Source of the DNA: Dickeya solani IPO 2222
GTDB lineage: Bacteria > Pseudomonadota > Gammaproteobacteria > Enterobacterales > Enterobacteriaceae
Direction of reading: 5' to 3'
Assembly: GCF_001644705.1 (NCBI RefSeq)
Contig: NZ_CP015137.1
Coordinates: forward strand, 2,520,001-2,552,000
Length of the DNA stretch: 32,000 nucleotides
Below the pieces are notes generated by a model. That model saw only the letters and a list, made by a program, of their open reading frames with translations. It did no database searches and had not been told where the DNA came from. The number at the start of each line of letters is the position of its first letter. The first letter of the stretch is position 1. A program made the translations under genes and the position numbers. Positions 10,944 to 19,534 of this stretch are shown piece by piece.

Positions 10944-11689
10944 GGTCAGCAGGTCTATTCGGGAAAAGCCTATTGGGACGAATAGCCGTTTGTGTCCGGC
11001 GTTGGGTGTTGCGCATCCTCTTTGGCGTTGTTGCGATGTGGCTGGCGGCGATCCTGCTGTTTGCCTTCCTGCCTGTTCCCTTTTCCGCTGTGATGATCGA
11101 TCGCCAGCTCAGCGCCTGGCTGAGTGGCGATTTTGCTTATGTGGCTCATTCGGACTGGGTGTCGATGGATGAGATCGCCGCCGTGGCGCCATTGGCGGTC
11201 ATTGCGGCGGAAGATCAGAAGTTTCCCCAGCATTGGGGGTTTGATTTTGACGCGATTTCGGCGGCGCTCAAACATAACGAGCGACACGAGAATCGTATTC
11301 GCGGCGCATCGACTCTGTCGCAGCAGACGGTAAAAAACCTGTTGCTGTGGGATGGGCGCAGCTGGTTGCGTAAAGGGCTGGAAGCTGGTTTGACGGCGGC
11401 GGTTGAGCTGGTATGGACCAAACGCCGTATTCTGACGGTTTACCTGAATATTGCCGAGTTTGGGCCCGGAATTTTTGGCATAGAGGCCGCATCGCGTCAG
11501 TTCTTCAATAAACCGGCAAGCCGGCTGACGGCATCGGAAGCGGCGATGCTGGCGGCGGTGTTGCCGAATCCTATCCGCTATCGCGCCAGTAAACCCTCCG
11601 GTTATGTCATACGGCGTCAGCAATGGATTTTGCGTCAGATGAGTCAGATAGGCGGAGAAAATTTTCTGGAAGCGAACCGGCTTTATTAA
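10940..11689 (+). CDS. mtgA: Monofunctional biosynthetic peptidoglycan transglycosylase
   Basis: 249-aa ORF whose ATG overlaps the elbB TGA (ATGA). It has an N-terminal TM helix and GT51 motifs ([23 protein letters not shown]). Confidence 0.95.
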   Translation: MRSAGLFGKSLLGRIAVCVRRWVLRILFGVVAMWLAAILLFAFLPVPFSAVMIDRQLSAWLSGDFAYVAHSDWVSMDEIAAVAPLAVIAAEDQKFPQHWGFDFDAISAALKHNERHENRIRGASTLSQQTVKNLLLWDGRSWLRKGLEAGLTAAVELVWTKRRILTVYLNIAEFGPGIFGIEAASRQFFNKPASRLTASEAAMLAAVLPNPIRYRASKPSGYVIRRQQWILRQMSQIGGENFLEANRLY

Positions 11690-11782
11690 CAAACCTGATT
11701 GACTGATAGATTTTTTCCAATAAGCGGTTTCCATTTCCGGTGTCTGTATGGGAAATCACGGCCGCACGAACAGGGGGAAATA

Positions 11783-13087
11783 ATGCGGTATGGCATAGTT
11801 TTTCTGATGACGCTTTCGCTGTGGGGCCTGGGATCATCTGCCGGCGCAGTCAGTGTTAAAAACGACAATTCTGCTTATGTATTTTTACAGCCAGACAAAC
11901 TTGCCCAGGTAAAACAGCAGTTGCGCAGTCAGACCGCGCTGCCGCAGACGCAGCTTGCTTATCAGCAGTTGTTGCGGGCGGCGGATAGCGCCATGAAAAA
12001 AACTGATCTATCGGTTACTCAAAAACTTTCAATTCCGCCCGGCAGCAATCGTCATGATTATTTGAGTCTGGCGGCTTATTGGTGGCCTGATCCGCTGCGG
12101 AAAGACGGATTACCCTGGATTCGACATGACGGCAAGGTGAACCCGGCGACCAAGGGCGAGGAGACGGATGCTATCCGTCTGGCGACGTTTACCGATCAGG
12201 TGCGTGTGTTGTCGCTGGCCTGGTATTTCTCGGACCGGCCGGAATATGCCGATAAAGCCATTTCCATGATTCGCACCTGGTTTATTACGCCTGAAACGCG
12301 TATGAACCCTAACCTGAATTATGCGCAGGCTATTCCGGGCCGAAACGACGGGCGGGGTGCAGGCGTGCTCGACGGCCGTTTCTTCGCCACCCGTATCGTG
12401 GATGCGCTGATCATGTTGCGACGGGCGCCGGGATGGGGCGTCAGTGATGAGCAGCAGATGCGGCAGTGGATGACGGACTACCTGCACTGGTTGCTGACCA
12501 GCCCTAACGGCAGGCAGGAGGCCGCGGCAAAGAATAATCATGGTAGCTGGTATACGGTGCAGGTGGCGGGTATCGCTGCCTATCTGGGCCAGCCGGAAAC
12601 GGTGAGGGCGATGGCGGCATTGCAGCGCCGGAAGCTCGACCATCAACTGGCGGCGGATGGTTCGCAACCAGAGGAGCTGGCGCGTACCCGGTCGTTTCAT
12701 TACAGCGGCTTCAATCTGCAAGCTGTCAGCCTGATGGCGACCGTAGCAGGGAAGTACGGCGATAATCTGTGGCAGTATCGTACCCCCAAAGGCAGCAGCC
12801 TGTTGTCGGCTCTGGATTTCATGGCGCCTTATCTGGATGAGTCCAGACCCTGGCCTTATAAAACCATGGGGCGGGAGAGCAGCCCGCTGATTCCGCTAAT
12901 GCTGCAGGCCGAGCAGGCTATCGGCTCTCCCCGTTATCATGCGGCTATCAGGCAGGCAGGGTTTTCGCCGTTGTTGACTGGAGCGTCGGAAGGGAAAGAC
13001 GCCGCCGGGGGCCGCGTTGATGCTCGCCGCAGCATCTGGTTGTTGTCGCCGCCGCAACCTACCGCGGAAAATGCGCCGACGCCATGA
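11783..13087 (+). CDS. Secreted or periplasmic alginate-lyase-family (PF05426-like, PL5-type alpha/alpha barrel) polysaccharide lyase
   Basis: The ORF-track ORF begins at 11699. An internal ATG at 11783 has an aggggg SD 6 nt upstream and yields a Sec signal peptide (MRYGIVFLMTLSLWGLGSSAGA/VS). Motifs YWWPDP…DGLPW…DGKVNP and NNHGSWY resemble alginate-lyase-family proteins as I recall them. No E. coli counterpart exists at this position. Confidence 0.75.
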   Translation: MRYGIVFLMTLSLWGLGSSAGAVSVKNDNSAYVFLQPDKLAQVKQQLRSQTALPQTQLAYQQLLRAADSAMKKTDLSVTQKLSIPPGSNRHDYLSLAAYWWPDPLRKDGLPWIRHDGKVNPATKGEETDAIRLATFTDQVRVLSLAWYFSDRPEYADKAISMIRTWFITPETRMNPNLNYAQAIPGRNDGRGAGVLDGRFFATRIVDALIMLRRAPGWGVSDEQQMRQWMTDYLHWLLTSPNGRQEAAAKNNHGSWYTVQVAGIAAYLGQPETVRAMAALQRRKLDHQLAADGSQPEELARTRSFHYSGFNLQAVSLMATVAGKYGDNLWQYRTPKGSSLLSALDFMAPYLDESRPWPYKTMGRESSPLIPLMLQAEQAIGSPRYHAAIRQAGFSPLLTGASEGKDAAGGRVDARRSIWLLSPPQPTAENAPTP

Positions 13088-13110
13088 TGAACAAGGGAAA
13101 CAGATAGAAC

Positions 13111-13168
13111 GGCAGGCGCCTTCGGCCACCTGCCGGATAGTCAGTCTGGCGGCCCGTGATTGGCCGCC
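13111..13168. terminator. Two GC-rich hairpins between the convergent lyase gene and dolP
   Basis: The hairpins are ggcagg(13111-13116)…cctgcc(13129-13134) and ggcggcc(13148-13154)/cgtgatt/ggccgcc(13162-13168). Neither has a clear U-tract on either strand, so terminator function is an inference. Confidence 0.35.
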
Positions 13169-13179
13169 ATGAGAGGGGA

Positions 13180-13755
13180 TTAGTCGAGGTGGCTGAACGC
13201 GGTCGTCACGTGTTTGACGCCGCCGACTTTGCTGGCGATCTGGGCCGCTGACGTGCCTTCACGACGTGTCACCAGACCCAACAGGAAGACTTCGCCGTTT
13301 TCGGTAGTGACCTTCACGTTGGAGGATTTCACGGTGTCGCTGGCCAGCAACTGAGAACGCACTTTGGTGGTGATCCAGGTATCCATGGACGCGGTGCCCA
13401 GCGAAATCGGCGTGCCTTTGCGGATTTCGTTATAAACCTCGGTAGTGCCTTCCACGCCCATGGCGATTTGTTTGGCCCGGCTGGCCAGTTCGGTCGAAGG
13501 AGTCTGGCCGGTCAACAGCACTTTACCCTGATAGGCGGTTATGGAGATGCGCGCTTCTTTGCTTAATTGGGTGTCTTTACTCAGCGCGTTGGATACCCTG
13601 ACTTCCAGCGTGCCGTCGTCGACCTGAGTGCCGACGGTCCGTGGATCGGTCGCCGATTTGGTTGCAACCGCCGCGCTGCCAATCGCGACAGCGCCAATAC
13701 AGCCCTGTAGCATCAGACAGGCAGACAGCACGGCAATGCAAGAGTAGATCCTCAT
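13180..13755 (-). CDS. dolP: Outer-membrane lipoprotein DolP (YraP), dual BON domain
   Basis: The start is taken at the internal Met (MRIYSCIAVLSACLMLQGC…, lipobox LQGC) with an aaggag SD 7 nt upstream. It is 191 aa, colinear with E. coli YraP. The longer ORF-track start would overlap diaA. Confidence 0.93.
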   Translation of the reverse strand: MRIYSCIAVLSACLMLQGCIGAVAIGSAAVATKSATDPRTVGTQVDDGTLEVRVSNALSKDTQLSKEARISITAYQGKVLLTGQTPSTELASRAKQIAMGVEGTTEVYNEIRKGTPISLGTASMDTWITTKVRSQLLASDTVKSSNVKVTTENGEVFLLGLVTRREGTSAAQIASKVGGVKHVTTAFSHLD

Positions 13756-13765
13756 GGAGTGCTCC

Positions 13766-14356
13766 TTAATCGTTCTGGTGTGGGAAAAGCGTGTTATCAA
13801 TCAAATCGCACAAACAGTTGACGGTCAGCATATGCATTTCCTGAATACGGGCGCTACGGTGCGACGGGATGCGGATTTCTACATCCTGCTGGCCCAGCAA
13901 ACCCGCCAGCTCACCGCCATCATAGCCGGTCAGGGCCACAATGGTCATGTCCCGCGTGACGGCGGCTTCCACCGCTTTGACGATATCACGGCTGTTGCCG
14001 CGCGTGGATATCGCCAGCAGCACGTCGCCCGCCTGACCCAGTGCCCGTACCTGCTTGGCATAGACTTCTTCATGCAGGCGATCGTTGGCGATCGCCGTTA
14101 AGACCACGTTATCGGCATTAAGTGCAATCGCCGGCAGACTGGGCCGCTCGGTTTCAAAACGATTAATCATACTGGCGGCAAAATGCTGTGCGTTGGCGGC
14201 AGAGGTGCCGTTACCACAGCACAGAATTTTGTTGCCATTGAGTAGCGACTGCACCATTGCCAGCGCGGCACGCGAAATGGCGTCCGGTAGTGCTTCCGCC
14301 GCCGCAATTTGGGTTTGGATGCTTTCCGTGAAACAGACTTTAATTCTCTCCAGCAC
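13766..14356 (-). CDS. diaA: DnaA initiator-associating protein DiaA (SIS domain)
   Basis: 196-aa ORF, near-identical over its full length to E. coli DiaA as I recall it (…[34 protein letters not shown]…). Confidence 0.96.
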   Translation of the reverse strand: MLERIKVCFTESIQTQIAAAEALPDAISRAALAMVQSLLNGNKILCCGNGTSAANAQHFAASMINRFETERPSLPAIALNADNVVLTAIANDRLHEEVYAKQVRALGQAGDVLLAISTRGNSRDIVKAVEAAVTRDMTIVALTGYDGGELAGLLGQQDVEIRIPSHRSARIQEMHMLTVNCLCDLIDNTLFPHQND

Positions 14357-14393
14357 GTTCTGTTAACCTGTTTTGAAGTTGAAAATCATGATG

Positions 14394-14789
14394 TTACTCA
14401 GACTGCCCAAACGCGTTGGGCAACCATTCCACCTGCGGGCCGGTTACGGCCAGTACGTCGAAGCGGCAATCGGTGGAGTCGAGACTGGCGCCCTGGCGGC
14501 ACAGCCATACCGCTGCGGCGCGCAGCAATGATTGCTGTTTTTGCCGGGTAATACTGGCCGCCGCGCCGCCAAAATCACTGTTGCGGCGATAACGAACCTC
14601 GACGAACACCCAGGTGCCGCCATCGCGCATAATCAGGTCCAGCTCGCCGCCGCGTACCGTCACGTTGGCGGCCACAAAAATCAGCCCGGCGCGTTCGAGA
14701 TGACGTCGGGCCAGTTGTTCGTAGCGACCGCCGGTGATGCGCCGGTTCAGGAGGCGGGCACCAGTTGTCCCTGACGGAACTGCAGCCAG
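14394..14789 (-). CDS. yraN: UPF0102 (YraN) family protein; conserved N-terminus begins at a CTG codon
   Basis: The ORF track gives 14394-14675 (GTG start, 93 aa). The frame stays open up to 14795, and the upstream residues ([38 protein letters not shown]) still look like YraN. A start at 14789 gives 131 aa, the E. coli length. No ATG, GTG or TTG occurs in 14676-14795. See the findings. Confidence 0.7.
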   Translation of the reverse strand: MAAVPSGTTGARLLNRRITGGRYEQLARRHLERAGLIFVAANVTVRGGELDLIMRDGGTWVFVEVRYRRNSDFGGAAASITRQKQQSLLRAAAVWLCRQGASLDSTDCRFDVLAVTGPQVEWLPNAFGQSE

Positions 14790-16837
14790 GTGAGTTTACG
14801 GTTGACGACGCAATCCGGCGAGGTGCTAAGGACACCGGTTGCACCGGACAGCGAATTCCCCGGCTGGTGCAACTGCGAGAAGTCGCTAGCCAGTTTCCAG
14901 GCGTCCATCCCCATGGCAAACAGCCGCACCAGTGAGTAATCGTTGCGGAACTGCGTGCTGATTTGCTGCATCAGCGCCGGGCTGGCGCCAGTCAACAGTG
15001 GAATATCGCTGAACTGCAGTCCTTCCATTTCAAACCGGAAATCCGGCCCCAGACCGGCCTGATAGCTGCGTGAGCTGGCGTATAGCGCCGGGCGCAGCGC
15101 ACCTTTGTTGCGCATGTCGATCATCGGTTTGAGCAGCGTCAGCTCATCCGGCGTGGCAATGATATAAACCGCATCCACGTTGCCGTCGCTGGTGACGGTG
15201 GCTATCGGTGGCGCCTGATTCGGTATGGTCAGCCCGCCAACCGTGGTGGAGGACTGTGGCGTGGACGCGGCGGTGATAACCGGTTGGCCGTTGAGCGGAA
15301 TCCCTGCGCCGCTGTTGAGCGCTTGTTTCAGGTCATACACGCCGCCGGTGCGTTGCTGCAATACCACACCGCCTGCCTGCTGTTGCCAGGACTTGGCGAA
15401 AGCAGCCACCACCCTGTCTCCCAGATTGCCGCGCGGCGCCAGAATCAGCGGATGCTGCTTACCCTGCTTGTGGATGAATTGTGCCGCGTCGGCGGCTTCG
15501 TCTTCCGGCGACAGAGCGAAATAGCAGATGTTCGGATTAGGCTGAATGTGTTCAGGCTGATTCAGCGCCAGCACATTCAGGGACGGGTTGAGCCCCGGTA
15601 ACTGTTCCACTTCGTTTTTGAGCAGCGGCCCGACGATGGTGGTGGCGCCGTCTTTCTGCGCCTGGGCAATGACATTAGCCAGCGTCTGATTAGAGGTGTC
15701 GTAGACTTTTACCGGAATGGTACTGGCTGTTACCGGAATAGTACTAGCTGTTACCGGAATAGTACTGGCTGCTGCAGTCGTTAAAGCCGGAACAGCGGTT
15801 GCCGTTGCTGATGGCGCAGACGAGGCCGTCGGGGCAGCCGGTGATGTGCCGCTCGGCGTGGCGGTCGCTGCCGGGCTGGTTGTCGTCGCCTCGGTGCTGG
15901 CCGATTGCGCCGTCTGGGCCGGCTGAGCAGGCATCGCCAGCGAAACCTGCCCGCTTCTGGCGGCGCTAAACCCTTGCTGAATAGCATTGGCGAATGCCTG
16001 CGCTTGCCCGTTCAGCGGCAACAGCAGCGCGATGGCGTTGCCGGCGGCGGGGGCGCTCTCCCCCGGTTGCGCGGTTGCGGCGGGCGGAGTGCCGCCCAGC
16101 TGAGACGGCAGTTGTTTGGCCGCCGGATGGCGTGGGTAACGTCTCTTCCAGTCTTCTATCGCAGCCTGCAGGTCAGAGGGAACCTGAGCTTTGGTCTGCC
16201 AGAGATTCAGCAGGTCGAGCCAGCCTTGCAGGGTATTTTCATCGACATTGATCACCATCGCTCCCAGATCCTGCTGGGTGAGGCGGGTTAATGCGACCCA
16301 GGTCTGATCGATGTTGCGCTGATGGGCATCTCCCTGTAACAACGGCTCCAGCCCAATGTAGGCGCGGATCAGCGTCAGCGATGGGCGATCCTGAGCGGCT
16401 TTGATTTGCGTCTGGTAGTAGCGTTCCTGCAACTGGGGCGACAGCGACTTCACATCCAACTGGGCCAGCGTGCTGTTGGCGGCATTGAGATCGTTCTGCG
16501 CGACGGCCAGTTCGGCGAGCAACAGCCGCTGTTCCTGACGTTGCTTGTCGTTCAACTGTGACGGCAAGGCGTTCAACTGACCGTTGGCCTGCGGGAGTTT
16601 GCCTTCCTGAATCAGGGCATGAATCGCAAGTAATTGCCAGTCAGCCTTGCTATCATCACCACTTTGCTGCATCTGCTGCAGGTAGTAATCGGAAGAAGCG
16701 CCGGCTTTGCCCTCTACGTGCTGCTGGGCCGCAGTGCCCTGCGGGGCCTGGCTGGGACAGCCGGCGAGAAACAGTGCCGCCAGCATGACAGGAATCAGAC
16801 GGCCTGCATGGGTACGGACAGAATTTAACGGAAGCAT
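14747..16837 (-). CDS. lpoA: Penicillin-binding protein 1A activator lipoprotein LpoA
   Basis: 696-aa ORF with a lipobox (LFLAGC). The N-terminal TPR-like and C-terminal domains are colinear with E. coli LpoA. The Ala/Thr/Pro/Ser-rich interdomain linker contains TASTIPV x3. Confidence 0.95.
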   Translation of the reverse strand: MLPLNSVRTHAGRLIPVMLAALFLAGCPSQAPQGTAAQQHVEGKAGASSDYYLQQMQQSGDDSKADWQLLAIHALIQEGKLPQANGQLNALPSQLNDKQRQEQRLLLAELAVAQNDLNAANSTLAQLDVKSLSPQLQERYYQTQIKAAQDRPSLTLIRAYIGLEPLLQGDAHQRNIDQTWVALTRLTQQDLGAMVINVDENTLQGWLDLLNLWQTKAQVPSDLQAAIEDWKRRYPRHPAAKQLPSQLGGTPPAATAQPGESAPAAGNAIALLLPLNGQAQAFANAIQQGFSAARSGQVSLAMPAQPAQTAQSASTEATTTSPAATATPSGTSPAAPTASSAPSATATAVPALTTAAASTIPVTASTIPVTASTIPVKVYDTSNQTLANVIAQAQKDGATTIVGPLLKNEVEQLPGLNPSLNVLALNQPEHIQPNPNICYFALSPEDEAADAAQFIHKQGKQHPLILAPRGNLGDRVVAAFAKSWQQQAGGVVLQQRTGGVYDLKQALNSGAGIPLNGQPVITAASTPQSSTTVGGLTIPNQAPPIATVTSDGNVDAVYIIATPDELTLLKPMIDMRNKGALRPALYASSRSYQAGLGPDFRFEMEGLQFSDIPLLTGASPALMQQISTQFRNDYSLVRLFAMGMDAWKLASDFSQLHQPGNSLSGATGVLSTSPDCVVNRKLTWLQFRQGQLVPAS
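15711..15773. repeat. 21-bp tandem repeat x3 inside lpoA (encodes [T/A]ASTIPV x3)
   Basis: The copies are accggaatggtactggctgtt (15711-15731), accggaatagtactagctgtt (15732-15752) and accggaatagtactggctgct (15753-15773). They differ by 1-3 mismatches and are in frame. Confidence 0.95.
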
Positions 16838-16896
16838 ACTGTATCCAGTGATGTTTTAACGATGCTCAATATTAAATCGGCAAACCGGATGAAACA

Positions 16897-17766
16897 ATGA
16901 ATCAAGACCAACAAGCACAGATTTCCGCCTCCACGCTTTACATTGTTCCCACGCCTATCGGCAATCTGGCGGATATCACGCAGCGGGCGTTGGCGGTATT
17001 GCAACAGGTTGATCTTATTGCAGCAGAAGATACCCGTCATACCGGTTTATTGTTACAACATTTCGCGATTAATGCGCGCCTGTTCGCACTCCATGACCAC
17101 AATGAACAACAAAAGGCGGAACAATTGCTGGCGCGGCTGCAACAGGGCATGAGCATCGCGCTGGTGTCGGATGCCGGCACGCCGCTGATTAACGACCCCG
17201 GTTATCATTTGGTGCGCCGCTGCCGTGAAGCCGGCGTGCGTGTGGTGCCGCTACCGGGGCCGTGCGCGGCGATTACCGCGTTATCCGCCGCAGGTCTGCC
17301 GTCGGATCGCTTTTGCTATGAAGGTTTTCTGCCCGCTAAGACCAAGGCGCGTAAAGATACGCTGCGTGACCTGCTGGAAGAGCCGCGCACCCTAATTTTC
17401 TACGAATCAACCCATCGGCTGCTGGATAGCCTACAGGACATGGTCGAGGTCTGGGGACCGGCACGTTACGTGGTGTTGGCGCGTGAACTGACCAAAACCT
17501 GGGAGTCGTTGTACGGCGCGCCGGTGGCGGAACTGCTGGCGTGGGTGCAGGACGATGACAATCGCCGCAAAGGCGAGATGGTGCTGATCGTGGAAGGGCA
17601 TCGGCCCGACGAAGAGGCGCTGCCTGCGGCGGCGTTACGTACTCTGCAATTGTTGCGGGCTGAGCTGCCGCTGAAGAAGGCGGCGGCGCTGGCGGCGGAG
17701 ATTCATGGCGTGAAGAAGAACGCGCTTTATCGTTACGGACTGGAGCAGGAAGAGGGTCACGCATAA
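16897..17766 (+). CDS. rsmI: 16S rRNA (cytidine1402-2'-O)-methyltransferase
   Basis: 289-aa ORF divergent from lpoA across a 59-bp gap. The sequence [19 protein letters not shown]…AAEDTRHTG… is colinear with E. coli RsmI. Confidence 0.96.
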   Translation: MNQDQQAQISASTLYIVPTPIGNLADITQRALAVLQQVDLIAAEDTRHTGLLLQHFAINARLFALHDHNEQQKAEQLLARLQQGMSIALVSDAGTPLINDPGYHLVRRCREAGVRVVPLPGPCAAITALSAAGLPSDRFCYEGFLPAKTKARKDTLRDLLEEPRTLIFYESTHRLLDSLQDMVEVWGPARYVVLARELTKTWESLYGAPVAELLAWVQDDDNRRKGEMVLIVEGHRPDEEALPAAALRTLQLLRAELPLKKAAALAAEIHGVKKNALYRYGLEQEEGHA

Positions 17767-17772
17767 TCAGGG

Positions 17773-17801
17773 ATGACAAGCCGGCCGATTTGCCCTATTA
17801 T
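17773..17801 (+). promoter_or_regulatory. Putative sigma70 promoter of rnpB
   Basis: -35 atgaca (17773-17778), a 17-nt spacer, and -10 tattat (17796-17801). A GC-rich discriminator ccgcgcc precedes the mature 5' G at 17809. The -35 lies 7 nt after the rsmI stop codon. Confidence 0.6.
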
Positions 17802-17808
17802 CCGCGCC

Positions 17809-18189
<381 letters not shown>

Positions 18190-18203
18190 TTTTCAAAACA
18201 ATA

Positions 18204-18250
18204 CGTTGGCGTGTCTCAACCACTTCACGGTGAAGTGAGACACGCCAACG
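18204..18250 (+). terminator. Long imperfect hairpin 3' of rnpB (probable precursor 3' hairpin or terminator)
   Basis: cgttggcgtgtct (18204-18216) pairs with agacacgccaacg (18238-18250). An inner stem pairs cacttcac (18221-18228) with gtgaagtg (18230-18237). No clean U-tract follows on the plus strand, and the minus-strand side is followed by tattgttttg. Confidence 0.5.
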
Positions 18251-18455
18251 GTTGTCTCCTCCCGATTATCTCCAGCATGGCAGGTGTGATTGCCTGTGTT
18301 TTCTGTTTTTCTCTGATTTTTTCCTTCCGGGCGTGGGTTATCTGTTTCCCGGTCTGATGTGTTTATTGTCGCAAGCGTGTATTCATGGGGGAGCAATTGA
18401 CTTGCGGGTGTCGGCTGTGGTGATACATTGAAACAAATGACACGAGGAGTCGACG

Positions 18456-19265
18456 ATGCTGAATAAAGATACGAAACTTTGCATTTCTCTTTCAGGCCGC
18501 CCAAGTAATATAGGTACACGATTTCATAACTACCTTTATCAAAAGCTTGATCTCGATTTTATATATAAAGCGTTTACGACCAATGATATTGAGCATGCCG
18601 TGAAAGGGGTTCGCGCGTTGGGAATCCGTGGTTGTTCGGTATCTATGCCTTTTAAAGAAAGTTGTATTCCTTTTATTGATACGTTGTCGGATTCGGCCAA
18701 AGCGATCGATTCTGTTAATACCATTGTCAATGAGAACGGTCATTTGACCGCTTACAATACAGATTATATTGCTGTTAAGTATTTGATTGAAAAAAACCTC
18801 AAAGATAAAACCATGCACGTACTGATAAAAGGCAGCGGCGGTATGGCTAAAGCGGTTATTGCCGCATTCCGTGATAGCGACTTTCGGCAAGTGACTATTC
18901 TGGCGAGAAATGAAGAACGTGGACTTTCTCTTGCGAATAAATATGGTTTCCAGTGGTGCCGGGATGCTTCAGGTATAAAGGCGGATATTCTGGTGAATGT
19001 AACACCTGTTGGCATGGCTGGTGGGGAAGAACAAAATCAACTAGCATTTACCGAAGATAACGTGCTCATCGCCAGCCATATTTTTGACGTTGTGGCCTTT
19101 CCTGCGGAAACACCATTAATTCAGTTCGCCAGAAAGTGCGATAAACCAGTTATTACCGGTGCTCAGGTCATTGCGTTGCAGGCATTGGAGCAATTTGCTC
19201 TTTATACCGGAATTCGACCCAATGAGGCGTTAATGCAGGAAGCCTCCGTATATTCTCGATCCTGA
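18456..19265 (+). CDS. Shikimate-dehydrogenase-like protein (AroE/YdiB superfamily, SdhL-type)
   Basis: 269-aa ORF with an aggag SD about 8 nt upstream. It has the catalytic-type motifs SVSMPFKE (Lys) and AYNTDY (Asp) and the nucleotide loop GSGGMAKA. The N-terminal SLSGRPSNIG replaces the canonical AroE GxPIxHSxSP. The gene is about 40% GC against about 57% in the flanks. Confidence 0.85.
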   Translation: MLNKDTKLCISLSGRPSNIGTRFHNYLYQKLDLDFIYKAFTTNDIEHAVKGVRALGIRGCSVSMPFKESCIPFIDTLSDSAKAIDSVNTIVNENGHLTAYNTDYIAVKYLIEKNLKDKTMHVLIKGSGGMAKAVIAAFRDSDFRQVTILARNEERGLSLANKYGFQWCRDASGIKADILVNVTPVGMAGGEEQNQLAFTEDNVLIASHIFDVVAFPAETPLIQFARKCDKPVITGAQVIALQALEQFALYTGIRPNEALMQEASVYSRS

Positions 19266-19310
19266 TAAACGCGCCGTGTATTCCGTCGTTATCAGACGGT
19301 TTGTTACTTT
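19262..19310 (+). terminator. Weak candidate terminator after the sdhL-like gene
   Basis: ccgtc (19283-19287), loop gttatca, gacgg (19295-19299), followed by tttgttacttt. An alternative AT-rich stem pairs ctgataa(a)cg with cgttatcag (19262-19295). The stems are short. Confidence 0.3.
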
Positions 19311-19534
19311 CTGATACGTCATACCATGCGAATTGCGTCGTGGGTAAGTCGAGGGCCATGCGTCAGTTTTGCGTGCGGGTTGGCAGGCTATAGGCCGGTT
19401 ACGCATACGCGACCGACGATCGTCAAATTTATTGACAATCATCATCATGGGAATCCGACTGTATCGATGAAACAGTAGAGGTAAAGTAATCCCCATCGGT
19501 ACTTGTTACCCTCACTATTACTAAGGATACCTCT

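Noticed and set aside
18193-18519. A 108-aa minus-strand ORF spanning the rnpB-sdhL gap. It includes a ggaggag on the minus strand (about 18258-18265), upstream of a GTG inside the hairpin.
   Set aside because: The ORF overlaps the sdhL-like start and the rnpB 3' hairpin. The SD-to-GTG distance is about 14 nt, which is too long. The sequence is low-complexity with no recognisable domain.
19266-19534. Looked for att-like duplications of the rnpB 3' end, integrase remnants or direct repeats flanking the low-GC islet. Only a vague resemblance was found (ccctcactatt at about 19509 versus cttcactcttt at the rnpB 3' end).
   Set aside because: The match is too short and imperfect to support a site-specific integration model.
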